A DNA stretch of 64,000 bases from Giardia intestinalis (lineage: Eukaryota), in the NCBI GenBank assembly GCA_000002435.2, contig CM018791.1. The stretch is one strand, 5' to 3'. Shown piece by piece: positions 1 through 9,890 of this stretch. Position 1 is the first letter of the stretch; every line of letters begins with the position of its first letter. The position numbers and the translations under genes are program-made. A model generated the notes under the pieces. The model was not told the DNA's origin, made no database searches, and saw only the letters and a program-made list of their open reading frames with translations.

Positions 1-3000
1 GGATCTGCCCATGATACTCGTAGTAATATGCGGCGTAAGCATTGTCGAAAAGATAATAATAAGGTTTCTTTTGATACGCATTGAGCCTCTCTAACTTTGC
101 TGAAGAGACGGTTCGCTCGCTTTCCTCTAACGTCATGTACATCTTGCCCTCTGAGGCATTGAACGTATAACACACCATATTAGACTCACAATCCATATCC
201 TGCTGCAACTGGTCTCTCTTTCGCTCAAGAAGGTCCCTTATATATAATTCAGTTGCTAGCAAGGGGAACACACCTGCTGGGCTTATCTTAGCTGGCTGGC
301 CGGTGCCTGCCAGAGAAGCCATCGGACTTGCTTGCGCAGCAGAAGATCGAAGTAAGTCGTCCATAGAGTTATTGGCTAATTGACTGCGCAAAGATTGACC
401 CTTCAGTGGAGAGGCTTGTGGACGCTTTGGAGTCTTTTGCTGCACAACTGAAGCTGTGCCATCGGCAGGTTGATTGCCATTAGAGCCAGAGATAGCCACA
501 ATGTTATTTCTGGTAATTCCGATAAGAAGGCTCAGGATGTATTCTTGGATTTCCAAGAGAGCCTCAACTATCTGTAGCTTAGACAGCACTCCATCCCGAT
601 CACTGCTGGATCGACTGCTTTGATTTAGGACTCCCCTGATTGTGTCGTCTGGATTAACCCTGGTCTTATCAGCGAGAAGCGACGCACTCAAGGCCGATGT
701 TCCTGCACTGGTGTTGGATGGGCGCTTATAAAAGGACGACGCATTCTCAAACTCTTGCGGGTAATTGATGAAAAACCACGTCACGCATTGTCTAACAACG
801 CTGATAACCTGGACCGGGTATGATGCAATAAAGTTCAGAAACACCTCAGAAGAGAAGTTTATCCGCAAGGTGATTTCCCTCTGGTGCACCGATAGCTTTG
901 AATCGCCAAAGTTTGCGGTTAGGGAGCTGTGCCCAGGCGTTGCTATATTCTTAGTTGATATACTGTGATCATGAAGCGGCAGTCTATCGAAAATTATAGA
1001 GACCATGCTGCGGAGCTCAGGCGCGTGCTGCTGTACAGCAGATCCCATCATTGTCTGTAGGGTATTAGATATGCGGGTATCCAAGGCTGATAGCCATACG
1101 TCAGGAGACCCTCTTATGCGTATGTCCTTCTCGGACGTTGGTTGCATAAGCATGAGTGCTTCACCCTCACGTGACCGTACCCCCTTTAAGTAGAGCGAGC
1201 GAACATCGTGCTCAGTCTTTGTTTCGCAGATAAGAGACGTCACATTCTCAAAGCAGTTCTGAAGAGTACGGGTCAGAAGAGTTGGATCAAAGGGCGCCCC
1301 ATGGGCCGTCTCGTCCTGTGCACTCAGAACTATTAGGAGTTCATTATCAGAAAGGAAAAAGAAGCGCATGAACTGGCGGCGTTTTATATCCAGGTACTTC
1401 AGAATGTTGGCATAGATGGCATCGAGATCGGTTTGCCATCCCATGATACTATGAATTGTATCTTTTGTACACCACACAGCTACCTTTTGAGTCCTTGCCA
1501 CAGAATTCATAAGCGAGAGGTAGTGCTTCACGAGCTTGGTGAAAGTCCGCATATCCTCGGGCAGCTGGCGGACAATCGGGCTTGATGGAGCAAAGATGCG
1601 TAGAACAGCGATGAACTTTCGCTGATACAGATCCCAGATGAGAATTGCATCCTGGCATACAGTGCAGGTATTCTTAATATTGATAAGTTCGCGCATGGCA
1701 GGGTTGTCGCCCAGCCGCATGAATTGAGATTCAAGTGTGTTTAGCTCTGTTTTGACATCATTAAGTACGTTTTCGACAGTGTCGGTCAAGGTGATCAGAT
1801 AGACCTGCTGGCTGAGAGAGGCGTGATCTGTAGAAAGGGTTCCTGTGTAGGGTATAAGTGGCAATGTCAATCCATCCAGTTCTTGCTTCAGCTTGGAAAG
1901 ACTGCTAAGCAAGCTGTACTCGAGCTCAATTGAGCGCATAAAGAGGAGAAAGCTGTTCATGACGCTCGTCTCCAAAATCCCGCGATATACAAGGCGATTA
2001 ATAGAAGCGGTGAAGCGGTCCATTTCTATAAAAAGGCCACCATATCTAATTTCTGCACGCTTCTTGGCTCTTCTTCGGAAATATTCCTCCTTTTCTGCAT
2101 CAGAACCAAAGATCTTATAGCAGACGTTATAGAGCATATCGGTGCTATAAATAGAGGGCCGTTGAAGGATGAAAGAATAATTTGTCATCTGCGAGATCAG
2201 CACTTTAGAATCTGCCACATCCTTTTCGCTTCTGACGTCCCCAAATTGCTCACTAATGACATAGGCCTCTGATTTCGTTATCCAGGCCTTCCGTGCAGCT
2301 AAGTGGGCAAGGTATTTGGCCTGCACTGCCTGTACATGAGTTGCAACTGTGCTAACGCTGAGAGAAAAGTTTCCTGACATCTTTGCCTTGATGTTTTGTT
2401 GTTCAGCCTCTTCCTCTCTGTCTGAAAGGTCCTCGTCATTGTCATCCTCTTCAACGCTAGCGTATAAATTGAGCATAATCTTGTTATGATCAAGCGATTG
2501 TTGAGCTCGTGATCCCGCTGCGCCAGAGCTGCCCCCAATGATGTTGGAGCTCAGCATAATAAGCTCTGCAATGCTATCGGACTCTGATCCGAACAGGACT
2601 CGGTAAACGTTGTGCTGCTCTGGGGAGAGAATCTCAAAGAGTGGTAGCTCCTTGTAGTCCAGTTCTAGCATGAGAAATCTGGATGACATTAGTTTGTATT
2701 CCAAAAGTAAATTGGGTGAGCGTAGATATTCACGGGTGAGCATTTTGAAATGTCGTGGCTGGAATGCAATCGAGGAAATGAACTTGAATTGGGGCAAAAG
2801 AGTCTCGATTCTCTCTAGGAGCTCTATTGTTAGTGTGAGAAGGGAGGGAGGCTGTAGGTAATAATTAATTGCCTCAAGCATCGTTGGTTCAGGCTGATTT
2901 CGCTTAAAGTCATCTATTCCTTCAAACTCGCTAAAATTATATAGTAAGGGTTCTATCCTGTCCTGCTTTTTGTATTGAACGAGGACTGTTTCTGGATCGT

Positions 3001-6000
3001 AATTGTCAAGATTTTGAGCCATAGAGGCGGGTATGACGACTTTGCCCCGGGTCTCAAGGGTTGTCACGTCTGTGATGCTAACGCTAACGCCTGTACTAGT
3101 TGGAAGTTCTGTGGTAAGAGAGATGTCCTCGTCAGCTGCCGAATCAAAGTCAGAATCGTCTGGAAGCTGATCATTATGGTAGCCAAGTATGCCCTTACCT
3201 TGTAGTTCGTATTGGTCACTAATAGTCTTGCCCATCGAGCGTTGGGATTGACGCAGAGAATGTAAAAACTCTCCTGTCTTGACTATCTTTCCGTTTTTAA
3301 GCATCTTTCCTTGAGAATGCAACATTTCATCGAGTAGTGCCCGGTCTGCAACCACCTCTTTGTATATTAGTAGCAGATATTTGAGGACTGTCCTATTAAT
3401 TTCTCCGGCCACAGAAGTCGGTGGCTCCTCGTGATTATCTCCATAGGAACACTCAAGCACGCAGTCAGTAATCACTGTAGGATCAAGCAGATGGGATTCC
3501 AGGAATGGTCTGAAAAGAGCCTCTAATAGTAGTATGTCCTCTTCTGGCGATTCATGAGGGGCATCATTCCTTTGGCTTTCAAAGGCCAGCTCATCGTGAT
3601 GTGCTTTCTGAGCAATGCGATGGGCAGTGATTCGCGCTTTCAGATCCAATTCGCCCAGATTCATGCAAATACTAGTGAACTTAGCTTCATCATAGATTGC
3701 TTGAAACCGTGCTCTTAACCCCGTAAAAACACGCTTAATGGCTCTTACCTTCCGCCCAACAGAAGGATAGTCAACCATGCAAAGAGGCCTCGAAAAGTCG
3801 TTCTTAATGAGGAGGTTCAATCCGTGCATGAAAAGCCAGAAGTCCCGCCTGATCTTACCAATCCGTCTGATTGCCCTAATAACAAACTCAGACTCGACTA
3901 TAGCAGTGGGGGAGAGCTTCCTAGTGACAGTACGGATGTGCTGGGGGACGGGTTCTCCGGGTTGTTCTTCTATCTCTTTTGCCGACTGGAGCACAAGGTC
4001 CAGTGCCTCAGTGGTAAAATCATCCTCCTCAGCTATCTGCTGTATGCTCACGGCAGGCTGATCGAGTGAGCCACTAGGAGATGGGCCATCCTTTTGTGGC
4101 TCCTGGATATTGTCTGCAGGGCATCGGCTGGTAACGCCCTCTCCCTCGTGGAGAGTGTCGGGCTCGCCCAAATAAACATCTCTGTAATAATAGCTTATAA
4201 CAGTCTCCTCCGGCATAAAGAATTCTGTGCTTTCAAACAGGTGGATACACTGATAAAAGTACAGGCTTTCATCATCGATGGTCATAGAGGCCTGAAGCGC
4301 ATTAATAAAGAACTCGTACCTGTGTCTACATACAGCAGAGCCTGTCGAAATGGGAGCCTCGAAAACATCGGGCCCCTCTAGATTGGTTTGATTAAGTAAG
4401 TAGTAAAAGAGTTCAGTTGGTGTCCGTATTGCTCCGATAGAAGAAATGTCTGCGCAACCAGGGTGCTCGTTGAGTGGGTCTTCGAGACTTTGACCATCAT
4501 CATTCTCAGCGGACTGAGAACCGATCACCATTTGATCAACGTCTAGAATTGCTTTGAGGGAGTCATAACAAAGCCTCTGGAGTTTGAAAAATAGAACAAT
4601 GAGGTCGTAACGGAAGACAGAGTAAAGGCGAGTGCGCTTATCTGCAAATCTGGCCAACAAAAGATCAAACATTTGCAGGGATCTATCAAAATCTTTCATT
4701 GCCTCATTGCAATTAGGGTCCTCCTTGAACTTGAAAAACTTCTCAAAGTAGTCCTGTACCCCTTCTACAGCACCTGCATCACTAATGATATTCTTGTAAA
4801 TGGCAAGCTCGCTCATTACTTCACACTTCCTGTACAGCTCATGAAAGAGCCTATGCTCAATTTTGGCCTCCTCAAAGTATTGCAGAACGTCTTTTGTCTG
4901 CAAGAGCTTGTCTTTATCAATCACTTGTGTGGTGATCTCCTCGTTTCTGAGAAAGTCAATATCGCTTAAGGCGGCATTATTGAAGGTCATCGCGGTGAAG
5001 CTTTTATCTGGTATTTTCTTCAGCTCTGCAGTGTAAAAGCCTATCTTGTGGATACAATTCTTGGCAACAATAAGAATCGTCTTGGGAATAGACAACCTAA
5101 CAAACTGTAGGAGCTTTATCATGATTGGCAGAAGCGCAGAAGCAATCGGAGTTGAATCTACCTGGAAGCAAAGGATACATCGCTTGACCCGTAGCTTTGT
5201 CAGAGATAAAACAACGTGTTCAATGGAATCGATGCGAGACCTGAATAAATATGGGTTCAACTCTGTAATCAAACGAAGAAATGCACTTCTAACAAAGTTG
5301 TCAGATTCTGGCAATAAAGGTACAGTTCTGTTGTTTAAATGCTGGAGACCTGCCTGATAGCGAGCTGTTTCATCCATTTCTGGGACTTCGTCAATAGGGG
5401 ATGCAAGACCGTTAGATGGAAATGCGTAATTGGTCATCATCCTAAAATCAAATTCGGAAGCTAGCTGGCATAGAAATGCATAGTCGTTTGCGTACTCTTC
5501 GGCAGCCCGCCGGTGTGTGTATGAAATGCCCGGGTGTTCTTCTGTAAGTAGCTGCAAGCTCTTGTCAGAGGACTCGGACTCCTCAGAGTGCTGATTCAGT
5601 ACTGGTTTGGCAGCGCGTGTTGTAAAGCTGACGGTATGTGACGCAATTGGAACCTTTTGCTGCATAAGCTGTTGAATAAGCCCTTCGTCGCTCAATCGGC
5701 TAATGCAGTCACTCACGCCCACAAGAAGATCCAAGAATCCGACGGCATACTCACGAATCTTATCGCATCCGTGCTCTAGGTGCTGCTTAAGCGCCCTTAT
5801 TCCATTGGTATACTCCCCATACTCACCTAAAATGTCTTTGATTGATATTCCTACCAGCGGGGCGTGAGCTCCACTGTCCGAAAAGAAGGAAGAAAGCTTC
5901 ACGAAGCTCATGGGCCGGATTGACCGGTGAACACATGTAGCATAGTCAGACAACACGTCTCCTATAAAATTGATAAAGTCAGTACGGGACGGGTACATGC

Positions 6001-9000
6001 ACAAGCCTTCCATAGTTAGGATAAGTTGGATATTGAAAATGGGTGCCGGCGGCAGCCTACCATCAAGGATATACAGGGGAACTCCCGTGAACTTCCTGAC
6101 ATTAATAGCGCTCTCGGTGTTTGGAACTAACACAGCTATCTGCGTCAAAAGATGGCTAATGTCCTCATTGCGCTCTTGACGAAGGTCAATGGTTGTGAGG
6201 CTTTGCTCCTTCTCTTGCTGCTTCTTTTGCAGAATGGGGTTTTCTACAGAGCTCTTCTTTGCTAGGGCAGTGGGTCCTAAATCATCATAGATATCTAGTG
6301 AATCCTCTCCTTTACGATTAGCGAGAATGGAACTTTTTATCTTCCCAACAAGTAACGCCGCTATACTCTGGTCTCCTCCTCCTCCATCTATGGAAGTCTC
6401 TTGGAGCTTGACATAGCGAGCTAATCTAATGGAATCAATGAATGGGAAATCATTAGCAGACTCGCTGGCGATACGCGATAAATCGCTGGCGCACGATTTC
6501 ACAAACTGACTCAGAAGCAGGTAGTCGTCTTTTTTCACAGTCGCCTTTGCTTCGTTATCTAGATGATGAAGCACCTCGTGTGAGGCATTCTTTTGCTTAT
6601 CAGCTCCTTGTGCTAAGTATTTTTGGACCTTTGGCGGGTTTATAAGGAGTCTGCGCCCACCATCCTCTTGGAGCAAGTTGAGATCTTCTTGTGTCAACTC
6701 CCGGATGCTCTGGGGCGCCGTTGATTCTTGTTCGCGGGGGATGCATGGCACACCGAAAAATAAATCCATTAGATCGTCATTTGCTTGAAGTAAGAGTTCA
6801 AGCATGAACTTAACCATCATATAATCGACCAGACGAATCATTGCCCGCACTCTAGACATGTTAAATACGGAATAGCTCGATAGCGTAGACAGTATTGCTT
6901 TCGAATTGCGCTTCTGCGCCTTTTTAGAATCGTGACTAACATCAGAACGACCCTTGACAGACGCTGGGCCGACTTGTTGCTGCGCTTTGGCGCTAGAAAC
7001 TCCAGACGAAGAAGCGCTTTCTGATGCACTCTGCTGAATGATACGACCATGGACCTGCTGCTGCACTTGCTTTCCCAGCACTAGAAGGATTTCGGAGATC
7101 GTTGTAATATAGTTGCCCAGAAGAGACTTGACGGCAGTGATCCGGTTGCGCGACTCCACTACGAACTGCTTGAGAGTTATGGTGCTTGGAACATTGGTCA
7201 TAGTTACGTACAAAGCCTCTGCTCTCTTTTTATCCAGGCCCAATCTGGTTAAGTATGTTGGAAGAAATTCAAAGCAGTACTTCTTAAAGGGAACAAAGCG
7301 GAGCTCTAATGAAAACTGGTAGCACAAACTGTGAATTTCCTGGAGCGGGCCCAGGAAGACGTTACTGGCCAAAAGGCTGGAGCGTGTCAGTGCCGAAATG
7401 GACTTATTACGAGCTGTAGTCGCTATGCTGTGCTTCCAGAGGCTCAAGTACTTTCGCTGCCTAAAGGTGGAGAAAAAGTTGTTCCTCCGTAACTCGAGGT
7501 AGTATCTGCGCTCCCTTTCCCAATCAGCGATGCTTAGAAGCTGTGTTGTCTTAGTGGCTGGCTCCTGATAGCATATACCGTTGCAAGAAAGAGTAAAGTA
7601 CCGATCTGGGTTGATTTGGTGATATGCACAGACCAGCAGCTCGTATGGGTTCTGCCATGGATGTGATTGTGCGTAGACCTGTGACACGTCACAAGCAGCC
7701 GCTGGGCAATGTACATTCTCAACGGAGGAGTGACTGCGAGGAGTTTTTCTCCCAGACGGTGTGTCTGATGAGATTTGCCCTCTGGCAAAAGCATCGGCGG
7801 CAGTGTAACCTACTTCAGCATGACTTAAAATCATTTGGCGGACAGAGGGGATATCATATGTAAGATAAATAAATTCGGATTGCATGAGTCCACTTGCAAT
7901 AAGCTCAGGAGAGGCGTTAAGAAAGGCCTCGTACTGAGTCTTAAGGCCCGTGTAGTAGGTTTCTGCATACATCATGAGTTCGTAGGAAGTAGTATAGCTA
8001 AAAGAGCTTCGATCGCCATCCAAATTCTTAAAGTAGTTACGGAGCTCCCTGCAAATATCAAACTTTTGGTTATGAGAGTAACCTTTGGCCAGTTGAAAGG
8101 GGGACTCTGTAAATTTGGTAGAGAAGCTCGACTTTCGTAATCCTCCTGGGGACCCGTGCACGGAATGCCCTGTGGCAGAGTCGGCTATAACTTGCTCGCC
8201 ATTAACATCTTGGCAGATGATACGCTCAATCTCCGCGCGTTCTTTAATACACTTAAAGATTGGAAGTACTGCGTCTATCTCGATAATAGCTTTTGTCAGT
8301 GGGTCAGCAGAGCCATCTGCACACTCCTCTGTTGGAAGGGTAGCAGCTTGCTGTAGCGCATCGTTGCTTGGTGCGTGAATGGGGACAGGAGTTGCTGAGC
8401 TGAGATCCTGTTTAGCCGATTTAGTTGTTTTTCTGAGGGATGCACTGGATGCAGAGCCTGCTCGGCTTTTAATCACCCAATCTGACATAGACCGTGTAAT
8501 TTTCTTAATCCCTTGGGACAGCTTTTCGTCCGGTCCTTCCAAGGCGTCCTGTCCTCGTGATCCGCTATGATCTGCAGTACCTGAAATGCTGCTAGAGTAC
8601 CCCATTTCGCTAGCACTGCGTATCTTGCCAGTAAACTTATATTTCTTGTTTAAGCCTCTAGTGTAGCTACTAAGCGCTGTGCTGGGCCGGACCGCGTCCA
8701 GCGCCATCTTACTGTTCTGCTCATACAGCTTGCAGCCCTGTAGCTGCCCAGGATCGACCACAAACTCTGATTTTCTTCCTGTGCGCTTAAACTCCTCTAT
8801 ACGTCGCTGTAGTGCTAGCTCTGGAGGATTGTCTCCTGATGGACCACTTTGGGCACCTGTGAAGGTCAGTCTATCACCGTATGACGAGTCTGCAGTGCCC
8901 CCGGTGCGTTCACGCCGGATCCTGGAGGTAAGCTGAGTGGTACTAGTCGGCCTTCGAAGGACCCCTGAGCTAAGAGGTGTAACTCTCAACGTATCTTCTA

Positions 9001-9709
9001 ATATCTCACTTTCATCAACGTGACCTGCATTGGTTCCGAGTAATGCAGAAGCAATACTGTCACGACTGACACGTCCATAAATGTCAACTGTGCAAAGTGG
9101 AGAAGACTCTAATGCTTTCTGAGCATCTTGGCGTCGATAGCGCTCTGGAGAAAGCTGGTACTGGGATAAAAACTGCTGCGTGGGCTCAGAGCCAACGTCA
9201 TGAAGGCGAAGAGACTGGCCTGTTGCTGAGGCACCGGGTGGTTGGTTTGTTTCTTGTGCAGCTTTAGTGTACAGCCTTTTAGATGAAACCAAACGGCCTA
9301 CCGGGCCCAGCAAAGCCTGAGGGCCGTTACCTGCCGAGCTATCTCGCTCCTTTCTCTTTGTAATAGCAGTGTCGTAGCAGCGTTCTAAGGGAAGAAGTAG
9401 AGAGCCAGTGGAGACTTGATTGAGACGCTCCCCGAAGACAAGTGGGGGCACGGCTGTGGATCCGACTGGTTTGAGAGGCGGCTGCGCACCCATAGGTGGA
9501 GGTGACGAGTAAAGCTTGGCAGCGGGGTTGGGCGGTGTCTGGGCCGAGCTGGGACGTTGGGCCCGGGACCCTATAATAGCAGTGTTAGGAGTTGTGTTTG
9601 ACGAGATGTGTTGTGTTCGTAAGCTAGTGGTTGGTCTTCCAGTATGTGAAAGAGCTGATTGTGGCCGTGTGGTTCTAGCAGCTCCAGTGACATCATATGT
9701 GTCAACCAT
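1..9709 (-). CDS. Dynein heavy chain, N-terminal tail plus start of the linker (partial; the ORF runs off the left edge of the window)
   Basis: The ATG at 9709-9707 is preceded by an in-frame TAA. Hand translation of the minus strand is open all the way to position 1. The ORF track lists no closed ORF in this frame over 9.7 kb, consistent with a truncated giant ORF. Near coordinates 1100-1400 the translation reads ...DIKRRQFMRFFFLSDNELLIVLSAQDE...PFDPTLLTRTLQNCFENV...VRSLYLKGVRSREGEALMLMQP...DVWLSALDTRISNTLQTMM. This matches the conserved dynein linker block FPRFYFxSxxxLLEILS...PxxVQPHLxKCFEGI...EWLxxVExxMxxSL. The AAA modules would lie beyond the window. Confidence 0.8.
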   Translation of the reverse strand, partial: MVDTYDVTGAARTTRPQSALSHTGRPTTSLRTQHISSNTTPNTAIIGSRAQRPSSAQTPPNPAAKLYSSPPPMGAQPPLKPVGSTAVPPLVFGERLNQVSTGSLLLPLERCYDTAITKRKERDSSAGNGPQALLGPVGRLVSSKRLYTKAAQETNQPPGASATGQSLRLHDVGSEPTQQFLSQYQLSPERYRRQDAQKALESSPLCTVDIYGRVSRDSIASALLGTNAGHVDESEILEDTLRVTPLSSGVLRRPTSTTQLTSRIRRERTGGTADSSYGDRLTFTGAQSGPSGDNPPELALQRRIEEFKRTGRKSEFVVDPGQLQGCKLYEQNSKMALDAVRPSTALSSYTRGLNKKYKFTGKIRSASEMGYSSSISGTADHSGSRGQDALEGPDEKLSQGIKKITRSMSDWVIKSRAGSASSASLRKTTKSAKQDLSSATPVPIHAPSNDALQQAATLPTEECADGSADPLTKAIIEIDAVLPIFKCIKERAEIERIICQDVNGEQVIADSATGHSVHGSPGGLRKSSFSTKFTESPFQLAKGYSHNQKFDICRELRNYFKNLDGDRSSFSYTTSYELMMYAETYYTGLKTQYEAFLNASPELIASGLMQSEFIYLTYDIPSVRQMILSHAEVGYTAADAFARGQISSDTPSGRKTPRSHSSVENVHCPAAACDVSQVYAQSHPWQNPYELLVCAYHQINPDRYFTLSCNGICYQEPATKTTQLLSIADWERERRYYLELRRNNFFSTFRQRKYLSLWKHSIATTARNKSISALTRSSLLASNVFLGPLQEIHSLCYQFSLELRFVPFKKYCFEFLPTYLTRLGLDKKRAEALYVTMTNVPSTITLKQFVVESRNRITAVKSLLGNYITTISEILLVLGKQVQQQVHGRIIQQSASESASSSGVSSAKAQQQVGPASVKGRSDVSHDSKKAQKRNSKAILSTLSSYSVFNMSRVRAMIRLVDYMMVKFMLELLLQANDDLMDLFFGVPCIPREQESTAPQSIRELTQEDLNLLQEDGGRRLLINPPKVQKYLAQGADKQKNASHEVLHHLDNEAKATVKKDDYLLLSQFVKSCASDLSRIASESANDFPFIDSIRLARYVKLQETSIDGGGGDQSIAALLVGKIKSSILANRKGEDSLDIYDDLGPTALAKKSSVENPILQKKQQEKEQSLTTIDLRQERNEDISHLLTQIAVLVPNTESAINVRKFTGVPLYILDGRLPPAPIFNIQLILTMEGLCMYPSRTDFINFIGDVLSDYATCVHRSIRPMSFVKLSSFFSDSGAHAPLVGISIKDILGEYGEYTNGIRALKQHLEHGCDKIREYAVGFLDLLVGVSDCISRLSDEGLIQQLMQQKVPIASHTVSFTTRAAKPVLNQHSEESESSDKSLQLLTEEHPGISYTHRRAAEEYANDYAFLCQLASEFDFRMMTNYAFPSNGLASPIDEVPEMDETARYQAGLQHLNNRTVPLLPESDNFVRSAFLRLITELNPYLFRSRIDSIEHVVLSLTKLRVKRCILCFQVDSTPIASALLPIMIKLLQFVRLSIPKTILIVAKNCIHKIGFYTAELKKIPDKSFTAMTFNNAALSDIDFLRNEEITTQVIDKDKLLQTKDVLQYFEEAKIEHRLFHELYRKCEVMSELAIYKNIISDAGAVEGVQDYFEKFFKFKEDPNCNEAMKDFDRSLQMFDLLLARFADKRTRLYSVFRYDLIVLFFKLQRLCYDSLKAILDVDQMVIGSQSAENDDGQSLEDPLNEHPGCADISSIGAIRTPTELFYYLLNQTNLEGPDVFEAPISTGSAVCRHRYEFFINALQASMTIDDESLYFYQCIHLFESTEFFMPEETVISYYYRDVYLGEPDTLHEGEGVTSRCPADNIQEPQKDGPSPSGSLDQPAVSIQQIAEEDDFTTEALDLVLQSAKEIEEQPGEPVPQHIRTVTRKLSPTAIVESEFVIRAIRRIGKIRRDFWLFMHGLNLLIKNDFSRPLCMVDYPSVGRKVRAIKRVFTGLRARFQAIYDEAKFTSICMNLGELDLKARITAHRIAQKAHHDELAFESQRNDAPHESPEEDILLLEALFRPFLESHLLDPTVITDCVLECSYGDNHEEPPTSVAGEINRTVLKYLLLIYKEVVADRALLDEMLHSQGKMLKNGKIVKTGEFLHSLRQSQRSMGKTISDQYELQGKGILGYHNDQLPDDSDFDSAADEDISLTTELPTSTGVSVSITDVTTLETRGKVVIPASMAQNLDNYDPETVLVQYKKQDRIEPLLYNFSEFEGIDDFKRNQPEPTMLEAINYYLQPPSLLTLTIELLERIETLLPQFKFISSIAFQPRHFKMLTREYLRSPNLLLEYKLMSSRFLMLELDYKELPLFEILSPEQHNVYRVLFGSESDSIAELIMLSSNIIGGSSGAAGSRAQQSLDHNKIMLNLYASVEEDDNDEDLSDREEEAEQQNIKAKMSGNFSLSVSTVATHVQAVQAKYLAHLAARKAWITKSEAYVISEQFGDVRSEKDVADSKVLISQMTNYSFILQRPSIYSTDMLYNVCYKIFGSDAEKEEYFRRRAKKRAEIRYGGLFIEMDRFTASINRLVYRGILETSVMNSFLLFMRSIELEYSLLSSLSKLKQELDGLTLPLIPYTGTLSTDHASLSQQVYLITLTDTVENVLNDVKTELNTLESQFMRLGDNPAMRELINIKNTCTVCQDAILIWDLYQRKFIAVLRIFAPSSPIVRQLPEDMRTFTKLVKHYLSLMNSVARTQKVAVWCTKDTIHSIMGWQTDLDAIYANILKYLDIKRRQFMRFFFLSDNELLIVLSAQDETAHGAPFDPTLLTRTLQNCFENVTSLICETKTEHDVRSLYLKGVRSREGEALMLMQPTSEKDIRIRGSPDVWLSALDTRISNTLQTMMGSAVQQHAPELRSMVSIIFDRLPLHDHSISTKNIATPGHSSLTANFGDSKLSVHQREITLRINFSSEVFLNFIASYPVQVISVVRQCVTWFFINYPQEFENASSFYKRPSNTSAGTSALSASLLADKTRVNPDDTIRGVLNQSSRSSSDRDGVLSKLQIVEALLEIQEYILSLLIGITRNNIVAISGSNGNQPADGTASVVQQKTPKRPQASPLKGQSLRSQLANNSMDDLLRSSAAQASPMASLAGTGQPAKISPAGVFPLLATELYIRDLLERKRDQLQQDMDCESNMVCYTFNASEGKMYMTLEESERTVSSAKLERLNAYQKKPYYYLFDNAYAAYYYEYHGQI

Positions 9710-9890
9710 ATAATCTTATTAAAATGTGAATTATCTTTTTCTTATTGTACTTTTTTCACATTTTGCCATCCTCCCTCCAATGATGTTTGTCGTCTTCTCC
9801 AGCCATATATCTACTTTTTCCAAGATGGGTCAACTCATGATTATTACCAACATATAGTATAATCTAAATCATTTTGCACCGAAAATAGTT
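9710..9890. promoter_or_regulatory. AT-rich divergent intergenic spacer (putative bidirectional promoter) between the dynein HC gene and the 2730-aa ORF
   Basis: A 181-bp AT-rich spacer lies between head-to-head ATGs at 9709 (-) and 9891 (+). A/T-rich sequence directly abuts both ATGs. Confidence 0.4.
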
